Positions 40,376 to 51,374 of a stretch of 64,000 nt of DNA are shown piece by piece. Within the stretch, counting starts at the first letter, position 1, and each line of letters opens with the position of its first letter. Origin of the DNA: Clostridiaceae bacterium (GTDB lineage: Bacteria; Bacillota; Clostridia; Clostridiales; Clostridiaceae); NCBI GenBank assembly GCA_040797845.1, contig JBFNFA010000002.1, positions 9,809-73,808 on the forward strand. The letters run 5' to 3'. Both the position numbers and the translations under genes were made by a program. The notes under the pieces are model-generated. The model saw only the letters and a list, made by a program, of their open reading frames with translations. It ran no database searches and was not told the DNA's origin.

Positions 40376-41629
40376 ATGATTGACTTTTTTGAATTTCTAT
40401 TTAACTTGTCATTAGTACAAGTAATATTTATGAACATAGGTATAATATTTATAAATATTTTACTATCATTGTTTATAAGATCAGCTACAAAGAAAAAATA
40501 TAAGAAAACTAATTCAGTGGAAGAAACTCTGTATTTTCAACAAATGTTAAGTAAATACCTTCAGTTTATTTCCATTCTTATAACAGCTTTTCTTTTAACT
40601 TTATCTATAATGCCCCATTTAGAATGGATGAGTAATTTAAAGCTATTAGGAGCATTGATTTTTGTATATTTTAATTTGTTTATAATATTGATTTTAAACT
40701 CACTTATACTACATGATTTAAATAAATCCTTAAGAAAAACTACTTCAACGAAATGGGAAGATATCAAACTCCTTTTAAGAGTTTTAATATTCTCCGTAAT
40801 ACCTATGATAATAATGTTAGTTATAATAGATACTCAGCCCTTTAAAAACTTAGGCGGCGCTAAGATGCAAAAATATATAAAAATACTAACACCAATGATA
40901 ATCTACATTTTATTATCATTTATAATGCCTCTTTTCACTAAATACATGTTAAAAGGAAAACCTTTTGAAGAAGGGGAACTAAAAGATGACTTTACAGCCT
41001 TCGTAAAAAAATCTGGTGTTAAAAAATTTAAATTATATCTATGGGCTACAAAAGATAACAAACATGCCAATGCTTTAGTTTCTGGACTTTTAACCAAAGA
41101 AATATTTATGTCAGACTATCTTTTAGAAAATTTCTCAACAGAAGAAGCAAAAGGTATTTTAGCCCATGAAATAGGCCACATAAAAAAATATCATTTATGG
41201 ATAAGAACAGCTCTTATTTTAGGTTTATTTATTTTAGGTCCTGTATTAGGAAATTTAATGGAGCTTTTTGAAGATAATTTTTATGAAATACCATTTTGGC
41301 TTGGTCTACTTATAATAGCAGTAGTTATGATTGGATATTTAGTATTCTTAAAATACTTCATAAGCAGAACTCAAGAAAGACAAGCAGATGCCTTTGCTTT
41401 AGAAATGGGAGTTGAACCAATTGTATATGCCAGTGCTCTTTATAAGCTTGCAAAACTCAACAATTCCGTAATGAAATTTAATAAATTAGATGAAAAACTG
41501 CAAACCCACCCATCTATAGCTAGAAGGATAAAATATATATTAGAAAAAAACAATTTAAATATAGATGAAGTTATGGATAAGATTATATATGACTTTGAAA
41601 ATCCAATATCTAAAGATGTTAATTGTTAG
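40376..41629 (+). CDS. M48 family zinc metalloprotease (Ste24/HtpX-like)
   Basis: Multiple TMs, NALVSG, HEIGH, ERQAD, THPS; AGGAGG SD before ATG 40376. Confidence 0.9.
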   Translation: MIDFFEFLFNLSLVQVIFMNIGIIFINILLSLFIRSATKKKYKKTNSVEETLYFQQMLSKYLQFISILITAFLLTLSIMPHLEWMSNLKLLGALIFVYFNLFIILILNSLILHDLNKSLRKTTSTKWEDIKLLLRVLIFSVIPMIIMLVIIDTQPFKNLGGAKMQKYIKILTPMIIYILLSFIMPLFTKYMLKGKPFEEGELKDDFTAFVKKSGVKKFKLYLWATKDNKHANALVSGLLTKEIFMSDYLLENFSTEEAKGILAHEIGHIKKYHLWIRTALILGLFILGPVLGNLMELFEDNFYEIPFWLGLLIIAVVMIGYLVFLKYFISRTQERQADAFALEMGVEPIVYASALYKLAKLNNSVMKFNKLDEKLQTHPSIARRIKYILEKNNLNIDEVMDKIIYDFENPISKDVNC

Positions 41630-41680
41630 TCACCATATCAATTAAATAGCATCTATACACAACTTAAATAAAGTTAAACT

Positions 41681-41728
41681 AAAAGCGCAGAGCATAAAAA
41701 GTGTCATACCTCTTTATGCTCTGCTTTT
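41681..41728. terminator. Bidirectional terminator between M48 and pgm
   Basis: AAAAGCGCAGAGCATAAA...TTTATGCTCTGCTTTT. Confidence 0.65.
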
Positions 41729-41812
41729 GTGCTTTTATAAACATCCTTTGTAAATAGACTTTAATTTATATAGATTTTACCTTTTACTAACATTTTGCTA
41801 AATATTTATGGT

Positions 41813-43540
41813 CTATTTATTCACATAATTAACAACCCAATTACATAATGAACTTAATCTATTATTAGAATCCTTAAAGGAATCCCCCTTAACCCCAAAA
41901 TAGAATTTTATCTTAGGTTCTGTTCCTGAAGGACGTATTGCTATCCAAGATTCATCTTCCAAAGTAAAGTATAGTACATCAGATTCAGGAAGGTGGATTT
42001 TATCCTTAGTGCCATTTAACATATTTATGATTTCCCCAGTTTTATAATCTCTAAACTCTACTACTTTTTTTCCATTAAAGCTATTAGGAGTATTCTCTCT
42101 AAAGTCTTTTAATATGCTATTTATTTTTTCTAAACCTTCTTTTCCTTTTAAAGTTAAAGAATATAGGCTTTCTTCATAATAACCGTATTTTTCATAGAGA
42201 TTTACCAATGCTTCATATAAAGTTAATCCATTTGACTTGTAGTATGCAGCCATTTCTCCAATCATCATACAAGCATTTACTGCATCCTTATCCCTTACAT
42301 AACCTCCTTTTAAAGAACCATAGCTTTCTTCAAATCCAAAAATATACTTATAGCTATTATCTTTCTCAAACTGAAGAATCATCTCTCCAATATATTTAAA
42401 TCCAGTCAATACATCAATAACTTTAACACCATAATTGTCCCCTATAACATTTGCCATAGGTGATGTAACTATAGTCTTAATAATAGCAGCATTTTCAGGT
42501 AGAATTCCTTTCTTTTCACTTGATAATAAAATGTACTCTGTAAGGAGACATCCTATTTGGTTTCCATTTAAGATTATATATTCTCCTTCATTGTTTTTTA
42601 CCACTACCCCAACTCTATCAGAATCAGGGTCCGTCCCCATAATTATGTCGGCATTTTCTTTCTTGGCTAATTCTATGGCTAATTCAAAAACTTCTTTTTC
42701 TTCAGGATTAGGATATTTTACTGTAGGGAAATTGGGGTCTGGAAGCTCTTGTTCTTTAACCACTAAAACATTTTTAAATCCTATTTCAGTTAGTACCCTC
42801 CTTACAGGAATATTTCCTGTTCCATGAATAGGGGTGTAAACAATTTTAAAGTCATCCCCCACTTTTTCTATTGCCTCTTTATTAATAACCTCTTCCTTTA
42901 ACCTATTAATATAGAGATCATCCATTTCTTCTCCTAAGATTTCAATTAAACCTAAACTCTTTCCCTCTTCAAAGTTTGCTATTTTAATATCCTCAAAATT
43001 ATCAATTTCCTTCACTTCTTTTATAATTTTATTTGCATGGGATACTATTTGTCCACCATCTTCCCAATAAACCTTATATCCATTATACTCAGGCGGATTA
43101 TGACTAGCTGTGATTACAACCCCTGCAATACATTTTCTTTCTCGTACGGCAAAAGATAGCTCTGGAGTAGGGCGCAAGGATTTAAATAAATACACCTTAA
43201 TTCCATTACCAGCTATAACCTTAGCTGACTCCTCTGCAAATTTCCTAGATTTAAACCTAGAGTCGTAAGCAATAGCAACACCCTTATCCTTTCCTTCTTT
43301 CCCATAATTTAATATATAATTGCATAGTCCTTGAGTAGCACGACGAACAGTATATATATTTATTCTATTAGTACCAGCTCCAATAATTCCCCTAAGTCCT
43401 CCAGTGCCAAATTCTAAATCTTTGTAAAATCTATCTTCTATTTCTTTTTCATCCCCTGAAATATTTTTCAACTCTTCTCTAGTTTCATCGTCAAAATAGT
43501 TGTTGTTTAACCATTGAAAATATTTATCTTTATAAATCAC
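41813..43540 (-). CDS. pgm: Phosphoglucomutase/phosphomannomutase
   Basis: FGTGGLRG, TASHNP, DPDSDR, FEESYG, RPSGTEPKIKFY. Confidence 0.93.
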   Translation of the reverse strand: MIYKDKYFQWLNNNYFDDETREELKNISGDEKEIEDRFYKDLEFGTGGLRGIIGAGTNRINIYTVRRATQGLCNYILNYGKEGKDKGVAIAYDSRFKSRKFAEESAKVIAGNGIKVYLFKSLRPTPELSFAVRERKCIAGVVITASHNPPEYNGYKVYWEDGGQIVSHANKIIKEVKEIDNFEDIKIANFEEGKSLGLIEILGEEMDDLYINRLKEEVINKEAIEKVGDDFKIVYTPIHGTGNIPVRRVLTEIGFKNVLVVKEQELPDPNFPTVKYPNPEEKEVFELAIELAKKENADIIMGTDPDSDRVGVVVKNNEGEYIILNGNQIGCLLTEYILLSSEKKGILPENAAIIKTIVTSPMANVIGDNYGVKVIDVLTGFKYIGEMILQFEKDNSYKYIFGFEESYGSLKGGYVRDKDAVNACMMIGEMAAYYKSNGLTLYEALVNLYEKYGYYEESLYSLTLKGKEGLEKINSILKDFRENTPNSFNGKKVVEFRDYKTGEIINMLNGTKDKIHLPESDVLYFTLEDESWIAIRPSGTEPKIKFYFGVKGDSFKDSNNRLSSLCNWVVNYVNK

Positions 43541-43788
43541 TACAATCCCTCCAAAGAATTTAATTTCACATTGTGTATATTTCTATGTAAATTATTCCAT
43601 AATTATAAATATAAATCAATATTGTCACTTTACAATAATATATACTTATAATCATTAAATGGTTATATTTTGTCTCTATAAACTTCCTATAAAATAAAAA
43701 TTTTACTATTAATACCAATGTTTTCTTACTTTTTGTTGACAAAAACTAGATTTAACGCTATTATTTCCATATACGTCTATGAAAGGGG

Positions 43789-44808
43789 ATGAAGGTTATA
43801 ATTAACTCTAAAAAACCTTTGATGCAAAATAAAATAAAAACATATGCACCAGAATTTATTATGGTTGCAATAAGCTTTATTTTAGTCATCTTTCTATATT
43901 CAACAGGAAAAAACATTACAGTAGTTATAGATGGTGAAGAAAAAAAATTTACTACTTATCAAAGTACTTTTGATGAAGCTTTAAAAAATGCAAATATAGA
44001 AATACATAAGAAGGATAAAATAGATAAGGATTTAAACTCAAAGATAGCTAAAAATGATAAGATAAACATAAAAAGAGCAGTAAACCTTAAAGTTATTGTA
44101 GATAACAAAGAACTAGATGTAAAATCTGCTGAGGATAACATAGGTTCAATGTTAAATGCAGAGAAGATAGCTTTAAAATCTGAGGATAAGGTTTTACCTG
44201 GAGTGGAATCAGAATTATCCGAAGGAATGAAGGTAGAAGTAGTAAGAGTTGAGACTAAAGTAGTTACATCATCAGCTCCTATTAATTTTAAAACTACCGT
44301 TAAAAAGGATAATAATTTATTAAAATCTAAAACTAAAGTTTTACAGCCAGGAGAAAATGGAGAAAAACAAATTACTACAAATATAGTTTATGAAAATGGT
44401 AAAGAAGTATCAAGAAAGGTTGTTAAAGAAGTTGTTACTAAAAAGCCTAAGGATAAAGTTGTAGCACAAGGTACTTTATCACCTATGTATGCTTCTAGAG
44501 GAAATGGCTCACAAGGGAACTCCTTTAGAGTAAAGGCTACTGCCTATTGGGCAGTTCATGGGGTAGGAACTACTTATACTGCATCTGGTAGAAAAGCAGT
44601 AAGGAACCCCGATGGATATAGTACCATAGCCGTAGATCCAAGGGTTATTCCTTTAGGAACAAAACTCTATGTTGAAGGTTATGGCCATGCTATAGCAGCA
44701 GATACAGGTACCGCAGTAAAAGGAAATTTTATAGATGTTTTCTTTGATACATATAAAGAGGCTTGTGACTGGGGATTAAAATACGTAAATGTACATATAG
44801 TTCAATAA
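43789..44808 (+). CDS. DUF348 + G5 + 3D domain cell-wall protein (YabE-like)
   Basis: Ubiquitin-like repeats, G5 (GENGEK), 3D (IAVDPRVIPLGT, AADTG, IDVF). Confidence 0.9.
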   Translation: MKVIINSKKPLMQNKIKTYAPEFIMVAISFILVIFLYSTGKNITVVIDGEEKKFTTYQSTFDEALKNANIEIHKKDKIDKDLNSKIAKNDKINIKRAVNLKVIVDNKELDVKSAEDNIGSMLNAEKIALKSEDKVLPGVESELSEGMKVEVVRVETKVVTSSAPINFKTTVKKDNNLLKSKTKVLQPGENGEKQITTNIVYENGKEVSRKVVKEVVTKKPKDKVVAQGTLSPMYASRGNGSQGNSFRVKATAYWAVHGVGTTYTASGRKAVRNPDGYSTIAVDPRVIPLGTKLYVEGYGHAIAADTGTAVKGNFIDVFFDTYKEACDWGLKYVNVHIVQ

Positions 44809-44810
44809 TA

Positions 44811-44849
44811 AAATAAACATCTGGTTTTTCATATTCCAGATGTTTATTT
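44811..44849. terminator. Bidirectional terminator
   Basis: AAATAAACATCTGG...CCAGATGTTTATTT between convergent stops. Confidence 0.7.
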
Positions 44850-44852
44850 CAT

Positions 44853-45782
44853 TTAATTTACATTGTCTCTTATATAATTTAGCATTAATTTATAGAAGTC
44901 AGCTTTAAAATGTATTCCATCTGGTTCATAAAGATTTTTATTACTATCGTTTATTAAAGATCCTATATTAAGAAAATTTATATTCTCCTCTTTTGCCATA
45001 TCTATAAGCATGCTATTATATTCATTTATCTTCTTATTATTAACACCTGTTTTGCTACTCTCAGCCTTTGGTAAAACCGGTAATATGGATTGTACATATA
45101 TATTGGAATTTGGAAACTTTGCTTTTAAGCTACGAACTAATTCTCTGTATTGATCTATAAACCACTGATTTGATATAGCCCCTAAATCATTAAGTCCATA
45201 TAAAAGATAAATATTTCTTGGATTTTCTGATTCAATTTTATTTAGTTCATTTTTTATAGCATTAATATGACTTCCTTTTTTTGCATAAACATTCTCCTCT
45301 TGTACAAATTCATAATATGATATCCCTTCTGTAACAGAGTCTCCCATGAACACATCTTCTTTAAAAAACTCCTTATAATTAGTAGAATTGTTTGACCTAG
45401 TTGTGTCAGTTTTAGCTGGTGTTTTAGTATTATTATTTTTACTTGAATCATTAACTGCTTTATTAGTTGTGTTATCTTTAGCATTTTCAACTTCGTTATT
45501 TTTACTATCTTTTGATTCATCTGCTTTTGCTTTATCAACTTCTGTTTCATTATCCTTGTCCTTATTGTCACTTTCCTTGTTACTATTTTCTTTTGAACTA
45601 TTGCTTTCAGACTTTTCATGGCTAGCATAAACTAAAGATGTTTTCTTGTTATTACCCTTATTAAAAGCCCCTATTCCCATGCCTACACCTATTATAAATA
45701 CTGCCAATAATCCAACGGTTCTTTTAATTATTTTATTCCTTCTTTTGTTTCTCCTCTTAATTCTTTTTTCCCTTATTTTCAT
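44853..45782 (-). CDS. Membrane-anchored SGNH/GDSL hydrolase with low-complexity linker
   Basis: GDSV, G.NDL, DGIH; K/N/D/S-rich spacer after TM. Confidence 0.85.
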   Translation of the reverse strand: MKIREKRIKRRNKRRNKIIKRTVGLLAVFIIGVGMGIGAFNKGNNKKTSLVYASHEKSESNSSKENSNKESDNKDKDNETEVDKAKADESKDSKNNEVENAKDNTTNKAVNDSSKNNNTKTPAKTDTTRSNNSTNYKEFFKEDVFMGDSVTEGISYYEFVQEENVYAKKGSHINAIKNELNKIESENPRNIYLLYGLNDLGAISNQWFIDQYRELVRSLKAKFPNSNIYVQSILPVLPKAESSKTGVNNKKINEYNSMLIDMAKEENINFLNIGSLINDSNKNLYEPDGIHFKADFYKLMLNYIRDNVN

Positions 45783-46077
45783 ATTAGCTCATCTCCATTG
45801 CCTAAATCTAATCTTTGTCTTTAGCTATATTATAATATTTTCTAATTCTAAATTAATTACATGGATATTACATATAATTTACAAAACTATTACAATTCGA
45901 CATAAAAATTCCCTTCAAAATAGATTTTAGACACATTTTGTTACTTCTATCTTAAAGGGAATACACTTCGATTTATATTATTTTTTATCCTGTTTTCGCA
46001 TTTTCATAAATTTTATATCTTATTGCTTTTATCAGCTTTCGCATTATTTTTTAGCTTCCTAATTAATCAAATATGAA

Positions 46078-46593
46078 TTAATTTAACTTTTTTCTATAAA
46101 AAGAAATATAAAATAAAAAGGTACCAAAAATACTTCCTGTAAAGTCAAGTAAAACATCTCCTACTGCAGAAGTTCTACCTGGAACAAAGCTTTGATAAAA
46201 TTCATCTAATACTGCAGTAAATAAACAGAAAAATATTATGTAAATAAAAGCTCTTTTTCCTTTAATTTTAAATTGATAAAAAGCGTTGCTTATTAATATA
46301 GCTAATATACAGTACTCAAAAGCGTGAGCTCCTCTTCTAACTAAGTAATTTTGAAACGCTTGTCCTCCCTTAGCTTTGTTAGATGCTAAATAAACCTTAT
46401 TATTAAGTTGCGATTTATTACTTTTGTCTTTTTGTATAATTTTTTTTGCATTTCTATAAACAGTTTTTATCATATTTAATGTGTTGTTACTTCGATAATT
46501 TGATTTTACACCATTATTAGAGGAATTATAAAATATAAATCCTATCCATAATACGCACAATGCTACCGCTAAAAATTTTTTCAAATTAATCAC
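46078..46593 (-). CDS. VanZ-like membrane protein
   Basis: RRGAHAFEY, AVLDEFYQSFVPGRTS, DVLLD. Confidence 0.88.
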   Translation of the reverse strand: MINLKKFLAVALCVLWIGFIFYNSSNNGVKSNYRSNNTLNMIKTVYRNAKKIIQKDKSNKSQLNNKVYLASNKAKGGQAFQNYLVRRGAHAFEYCILAILISNAFYQFKIKGKRAFIYIIFFCLFTAVLDEFYQSFVPGRTSAVGDVLLDFTGSIFGTFLFYISFYRKKLN

Positions 46594-46779
46594 CTTTTAT
46601 AATTCAATATATTAAATTATGACATAGCTACCTTATTCTATCAACAATAAATGCAATTCTTAATAATAAGTTAATATTTTTTACTTTGTCTAGAATATAC
46701 TTGTCTTCTATTGATTTTATAGCAAGTTAAATACTTTAGAATATTATATAGTAAGAAAAATACTTTGGAGGTATTTTAA

Positions 46780-47715
46780 GTGAGCTTATCTATTGATACT
46801 CCTATTTATATAAATAAAAATTTAATAGTAGATTTACATTCCATATTAATAAATGGATTTATAGAAAGTAGAGCGGTAAGATTCTTAGAGGATAGAGCTA
46901 CCTTATTAAAACTACAAAAAGGATGCAAAACTAGTGAGGGTAGTGGAAAGAAAAAATCTAAAAATAATAACAAAGAAAAGAATGTATCGAAAGATTCATC
47001 CTTAAACTGTTCCGAAGATTTTTCAGCAATTCTTGATACTAGAAATGCCACTAAGAATGAAGTAAGCATCAAACAAATATTTACTACATTTCAAATATTT
47101 TTTGATTTAAGAAATATTATGTTAGAAAAAGGCGTGCTAAAATCCATAGGAAATAATAGCATAATGAACTATGACACTTCCCCTGGGGAATTTATAGAAT
47201 TTGAAGGACATATTTCTCCCACTTCTCCCTTATCTCAAATAAATACTATGATAGATATCTTCGAATGCTATGACTGCAAAAATTTAGATAAATTATTAAA
47301 AAGCAACGATTCAGAAGAACCTTTAAACAATTATTCTGTTATGTTAAAACAAATGAAAAACTTATCTGCATGTTTAAATAGAAATAATACAGTAAATATG
47401 ATAATGGATTGCAATTCCTTTACTTCTGTATTAAATGTAAATGTTAATAATTTTTCAGATAAAAATGCCTATATGTATGATACTGTTCATTGTCCCTGCA
47501 AGGTTCTATGCAAAGTAATTAAAGTTGTAAATGAAGATAATCATATAGATCTATTATGTAAAACTTGCATGAGTGATTACTATACAGAGCTTTTTAATCA
47601 AGCACAGCCATATTTAGATTTATTAGCTAAAAATAATATTATATTGCCCAAAGAGTTTACTAGTAAAATACAAGGACCTGCCATTCAAGTTATCCCACTT
47701 GCCATGTATGTATAG
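46780..47715 (+). CDS. Hypothetical protein (resembles DUF6414-type proteins)
   Basis: GGAGG SD, GTG start; PIYIN..DL, GEFIEFEG, IQVIPLAMY. Family call from memory only. Confidence 0.6.
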   Translation: MSLSIDTPIYINKNLIVDLHSILINGFIESRAVRFLEDRATLLKLQKGCKTSEGSGKKKSKNNNKEKNVSKDSSLNCSEDFSAILDTRNATKNEVSIKQIFTTFQIFFDLRNIMLEKGVLKSIGNNSIMNYDTSPGEFIEFEGHISPTSPLSQINTMIDIFECYDCKNLDKLLKSNDSEEPLNNYSVMLKQMKNLSACLNRNNTVNMIMDCNSFTSVLNVNVNNFSDKNAYMYDTVHCPCKVLCKVIKVVNEDNHIDLLCKTCMSDYYTELFNQAQPYLDLLAKNNIILPKEFTSKIQGPAIQVIPLAMYV

Positions 47716-47734
47716 TAGTAAACACTTATTTATT

Positions 47735-48150
47735 GTACGCAACTTAAAAATGCTACGTAATGTGCCCTATGCATTTGAGCGAAATCTAGAAATTCTTAAT
47801 TTATTTTAGAGATTTTTATAAAATAAATTTTAGAAATTCTTATTGTAGCGAACTAGCATAAGAAGCATTATATAGCATTTTTTGTTTGTTGTAATACAAA
47901 ATTGTTTTCACATTTATAAGTTTTTACAAAGATAAATAGGTATCCAAAATGGGAACTGAGATACATAATGACGTCACTTCACAAAAGGCGTTCCTCCCAT
48001 TATATACCTCAGTTCCTTTATGTTTTACAGATATATTTTCACAGTTGTAAATTTCTACAGAGATAGTTTGTTGTATTAAATAGAGAGCTAAGCACATAGT
48101 GAAGTTGCTCCAGAAAAAAGTCACTTTTTCACTACATACTTAGCTCTTTT
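47735..48150 (-). repeat. Hairpin-array repeat (family H), locus 1: modules B, A1, A2
   Basis: B arms 47746-47762/47866-47882; A1 about 47952-48016; A2 arms 48084-48103/48128-48147; homologous to 51005-51374 and 58490-59919. Confidence 0.88.
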
Positions 48151-48246
48151 GTTTTTTATATCCATATTTTATTTATGCATTTACTACTATTTTAATGTTC
48201 ACACCTAATAAATGCTATTACAAGAATACTTAAGAATATTAAGATT

Positions 48247-50766
48247 TTACTTATGAAGAAGGTTTATTAAAACTCTATATGCACCAGGCACTAAATTAGG
48301 AACTTGACGATACCAAGCAAGAGATGAGTAGGTGTAAGTTCCCTTTCCATATTCAGTTGTAAGCAATGTGCTGGTAAATTCACTTTCTCCAGGATCACCA
48401 GTGGAGATAAGCTCTACATATTTACTGTCCCATTTAGATGGATTATAAGCAGCTCTATCCTGAATCCAATTCTCCCAATCCTTTTCCGTTATTTTATTAG
48501 GGGAATTGAAAAATTTGTGCTCAGGCTTTAACATTGTAACCTTTGAGTTTTCATCTGTTACACGCCAATTCATAACAGGTGTTCCTATGGTCAATGGATA
48601 TGGGGCTAACTCTGGATTCCAATTGTCTTCGGCTTTATTATATTGTATTACTAAATTTCCACCATTTTTAACATATTCTAAAAGTCTATTGTTGCTCTTT
48701 ACAAGGTCAGGTCGTGCAAGATAGGCTCTAATTGCTACCACAATAGTATCAAACCTAGATAGGTTGCCTGCTTCTAAATCTTCTTTAGTTAGATTTGTTA
48801 CATTCAAACCAACACGACGAAGGAACTCGTCAGTCTCATCAAAACCACTAGATATATATCCTACCTTTAAATTTTTATCGAATTTAACATCAAAGGCTTG
48901 AACCTTTACTTGGGATGGTTGAACAAAATAGGTACGGCCTATGTGTGGATACTCAATAACTTGAATTGATTCCTCACTTACTACGGAACCTCTTAGTGCC
49001 TTAGCTTTAATTTCATGTGTTCCGTCTTCTACTTTAGCAGGAGGTTTTACAGTAAAATCTGCAGATTGAATTTCACCTTTTTTACTAAATTCAACTACTG
49101 TGGACTTAGGTTCTACTGACCAACCCTTGGGTACGTCAAGATATACTGTAGCTTTATTAGAGGAGGAAGTATAATTAGTTAAAGTCACAGTAACAGGAAT
49201 AGGTTTCTCTGGTTCCAGTGTATTTAATATAGCTGCTGATGGATTAAGAGATACTGAGAACTCTGGCAATACTGCAAAAAGCTCTTTAGAACTAACATTT
49301 AAAACAGCTTTTGAACCAAAACTTTCATATTCTACAGTAGCTTTCATAATATTTTCTTCATAAGGATGAAAAGTTTTTGCATTATTAGGTATGGTTACAT
49401 CAAATTCAAATATAGCTGTTTCACCATTTTTTAAAGTATTTTTTATAGGAGACTTTCCATTAACCTTCCAGCCAGCTGGTAAATTTAGCTTTGTCCCTAA
49501 ATTTTTAATATCTAAGTTTCCACCGTTGTACACCTTCACAGTAGTCTTTATAGTCTGCCCTCTAGTTACTTCTGAAGTTTCTGGGATAACTCTTATCACT
49601 ACAGAATTACTAACGCTACTAGCATTATAAAGTTGATCAATTTTCTTATTTAATCGGTGTAAAATATCTACTTTTAATTCTTTATTTAAAGAGGACTCAT
49701 TAACTTTTTTTATTGCAGATTCTACATCTACTATCATCTTGTGTACATTTTTATTAACCTCTTCAAAGTTAGGGAAGGATTTTTCTATATCTTCAGCATC
49801 TCTTTGAAGTTTCAAAATATGATCTACTACACCTTTAGAATTCTTATCTTTTTTTATTTCTTCTGCTAAATCTTTAAATGTAAATGCTATGCCATCAAAA
49901 AAATTTTCCTTTCCTTTTACTTCAGGCTTTAATAATGTGTAATAGCGATAAGATGGACCTTCTTCATAATCCCTTCCCATGCCCTGACACTTATGCATGT
50001 ATCGTGATTCCTCTCCTAATTGAACATAGGATGAAGCATAAACTTTATCATAAGTTCCAACAGGTACAGCTGTAGTGTGTTTATCCTTGCTTCCAGGTTC
50101 ATATAATTTCTTTGCCTTCCAAGGCATTAAACCTACTTTTAGATGTTCCGGGTATTTGGTAGGATCTTGTGCCAACTCATAAGCTTTCTTAGTCAAAATA
50201 TTTATAGCCTGGTGGTGTCCATGAGTACTTTTTACATTTTCAAATGCAGGGAAAATTACATCTGGACGGTGTGTTCTTATGCTCCTTACAAGACGCTCTA
50301 AAACCACATCTTCTCCCCATTTTTTTAAAGTTTCCTCCCAACTTTTAGAGAAACCAAAATCCTTCAAGGGTTCATCAATATCTTTACGAAGAATCTCTAA
50401 ATCTACATCTAATATTTTAGCCGCCTCTTCATACTCTCTAGTTCTTAACACACTTAAGGCATCCTCTAGTTCTGAACCAATCTCATTTTGTCCCCCTTGT
50501 CCTCGAGTTACACTTACTATAGAGGTGTCCACCCCTAAACCAAGAGAAGTATAAGCTAAAAGAGCACTGTGTTCATCATCAGGATGAGCACAAACATTCA
50601 TAACACTTGTTACCGTAGTTAAAGGTTTTATAGCCTTCCAAAGTTCTACAACCCCACGTTCTGCTCTAACCTGCTCCGCTCCAACTTTGTTGGGAACAAC
50701 AATTGATCCCATAATAAAAATTAGTGTAATTATAGAAGCTAAACGTTTAGTAAAAGATTTTGACAT
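48247..50766 (-). CDS. Secreted PIG-L/LmbE family deacetylase with NEW3 and C-terminal GATase-like domains
   Basis: AHPDDE, TRGQGGQN, RTRE, HGHHQA, HKCQGMG; NLPAGWKV; YVKNGGNLVIQY. Confidence 0.88.
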   Translation of the reverse strand: MSKSFTKRLASIITLIFIMGSIVVPNKVGAEQVRAERGVVELWKAIKPLTTVTSVMNVCAHPDDEHSALLAYTSLGLGVDTSIVSVTRGQGGQNEIGSELEDALSVLRTREYEEAAKILDVDLEILRKDIDEPLKDFGFSKSWEETLKKWGEDVVLERLVRSIRTHRPDVIFPAFENVKSTHGHHQAINILTKKAYELAQDPTKYPEHLKVGLMPWKAKKLYEPGSKDKHTTAVPVGTYDKVYASSYVQLGEESRYMHKCQGMGRDYEEGPSYRYYTLLKPEVKGKENFFDGIAFTFKDLAEEIKKDKNSKGVVDHILKLQRDAEDIEKSFPNFEEVNKNVHKMIVDVESAIKKVNESSLNKELKVDILHRLNKKIDQLYNASSVSNSVVIRVIPETSEVTRGQTIKTTVKVYNGGNLDIKNLGTKLNLPAGWKVNGKSPIKNTLKNGETAIFEFDVTIPNNAKTFHPYEENIMKATVEYESFGSKAVLNVSSKELFAVLPEFSVSLNPSAAILNTLEPEKPIPVTVTLTNYTSSSNKATVYLDVPKGWSVEPKSTVVEFSKKGEIQSADFTVKPPAKVEDGTHEIKAKALRGSVVSEESIQVIEYPHIGRTYFVQPSQVKVQAFDVKFDKNLKVGYISSGFDETDEFLRRVGLNVTNLTKEDLEAGNLSRFDTIVVAIRAYLARPDLVKSNNRLLEYVKNGGNLVIQYNKAEDNWNPELAPYPLTIGTPVMNWRVTDENSKVTMLKPEHKFFNSPNKITEKDWENWIQDRAAYNPSKWDSKYVELISTGDPGESEFTSTLLTTEYGKGTYTYSSLAWYRQVPNLVPGAYRVLINLLHK

Positions 50767-51004
50767 AACATACCCTCCTTTTTTTAAATATAATAAATAT
50801 AATTAGTTAATACGATTAACTAATTCTTTATTATTACTTTATATTATTCCACAGATTCCAAATGATTCCTTCATATAACAGAATTTTCAAAAAACTTTTT
50901 TTTAACAATCTCTGCGATTTTATATTGCATAATTCTTATATATCAGTTGATATTTGTAGAACCTTTAGATTGTTTTTTCAAATATGAGTTCCCACAAAAT
51001 TAAC

Positions 51005-51374
51005 TAGGTATCAAAAGGGAACTAAGTACATAATGACGTCACGTCACAAAAGGCGATCCTCCCATTATATACTTAGTTCCTTTATGTTCCACAGATGCAT
51101 TTTCAAATTTATATTGTGCCGAATTGATTTCTAAAATATAAATTTCTACAAAGATAATTTAGTTTTACAAATGAAGAGCTAAATACATAGGTGAAGCGCT
51201 CCAGAAAAAGTCACTATTTCACTACATACTTAGCTCTTTTGTTTTTAGAAATATATTTTTAAATTTATATTATGACAGTTTAATTTGCTAAATATTAATT
51301 TTTATAATTTCATTGGGTAAAACTTAAAAATGCTACGTAATGTGACCTATGCATTTAAGCAAGATCTAGAAATT
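51005..51374 (-). repeat. Hairpin-array repeat (family H), locus 2: A1, A2, C, first half of B
   Basis: A1 51018-51080; A2 51175-51237; C from 51261; B left half 51321-51374, ending at the DUF4358 stop codon. Confidence 0.88.

Noticed and set aside
42629-42638. GTCCGTCCCC resembling the REP core (also 62583-62593)
   Set aside because: Lacks the TGA(A/C)C half and is explained by coding: it encodes part of the conserved GTDPDSD motif of pgm, and KGRTL in cbiO.
47924-48124. 66-aa ORF across family H as a possible toxin peptide
   Set aside because: The equivalent frame stops early in locus 2; no conserved ORF or SD across copies.
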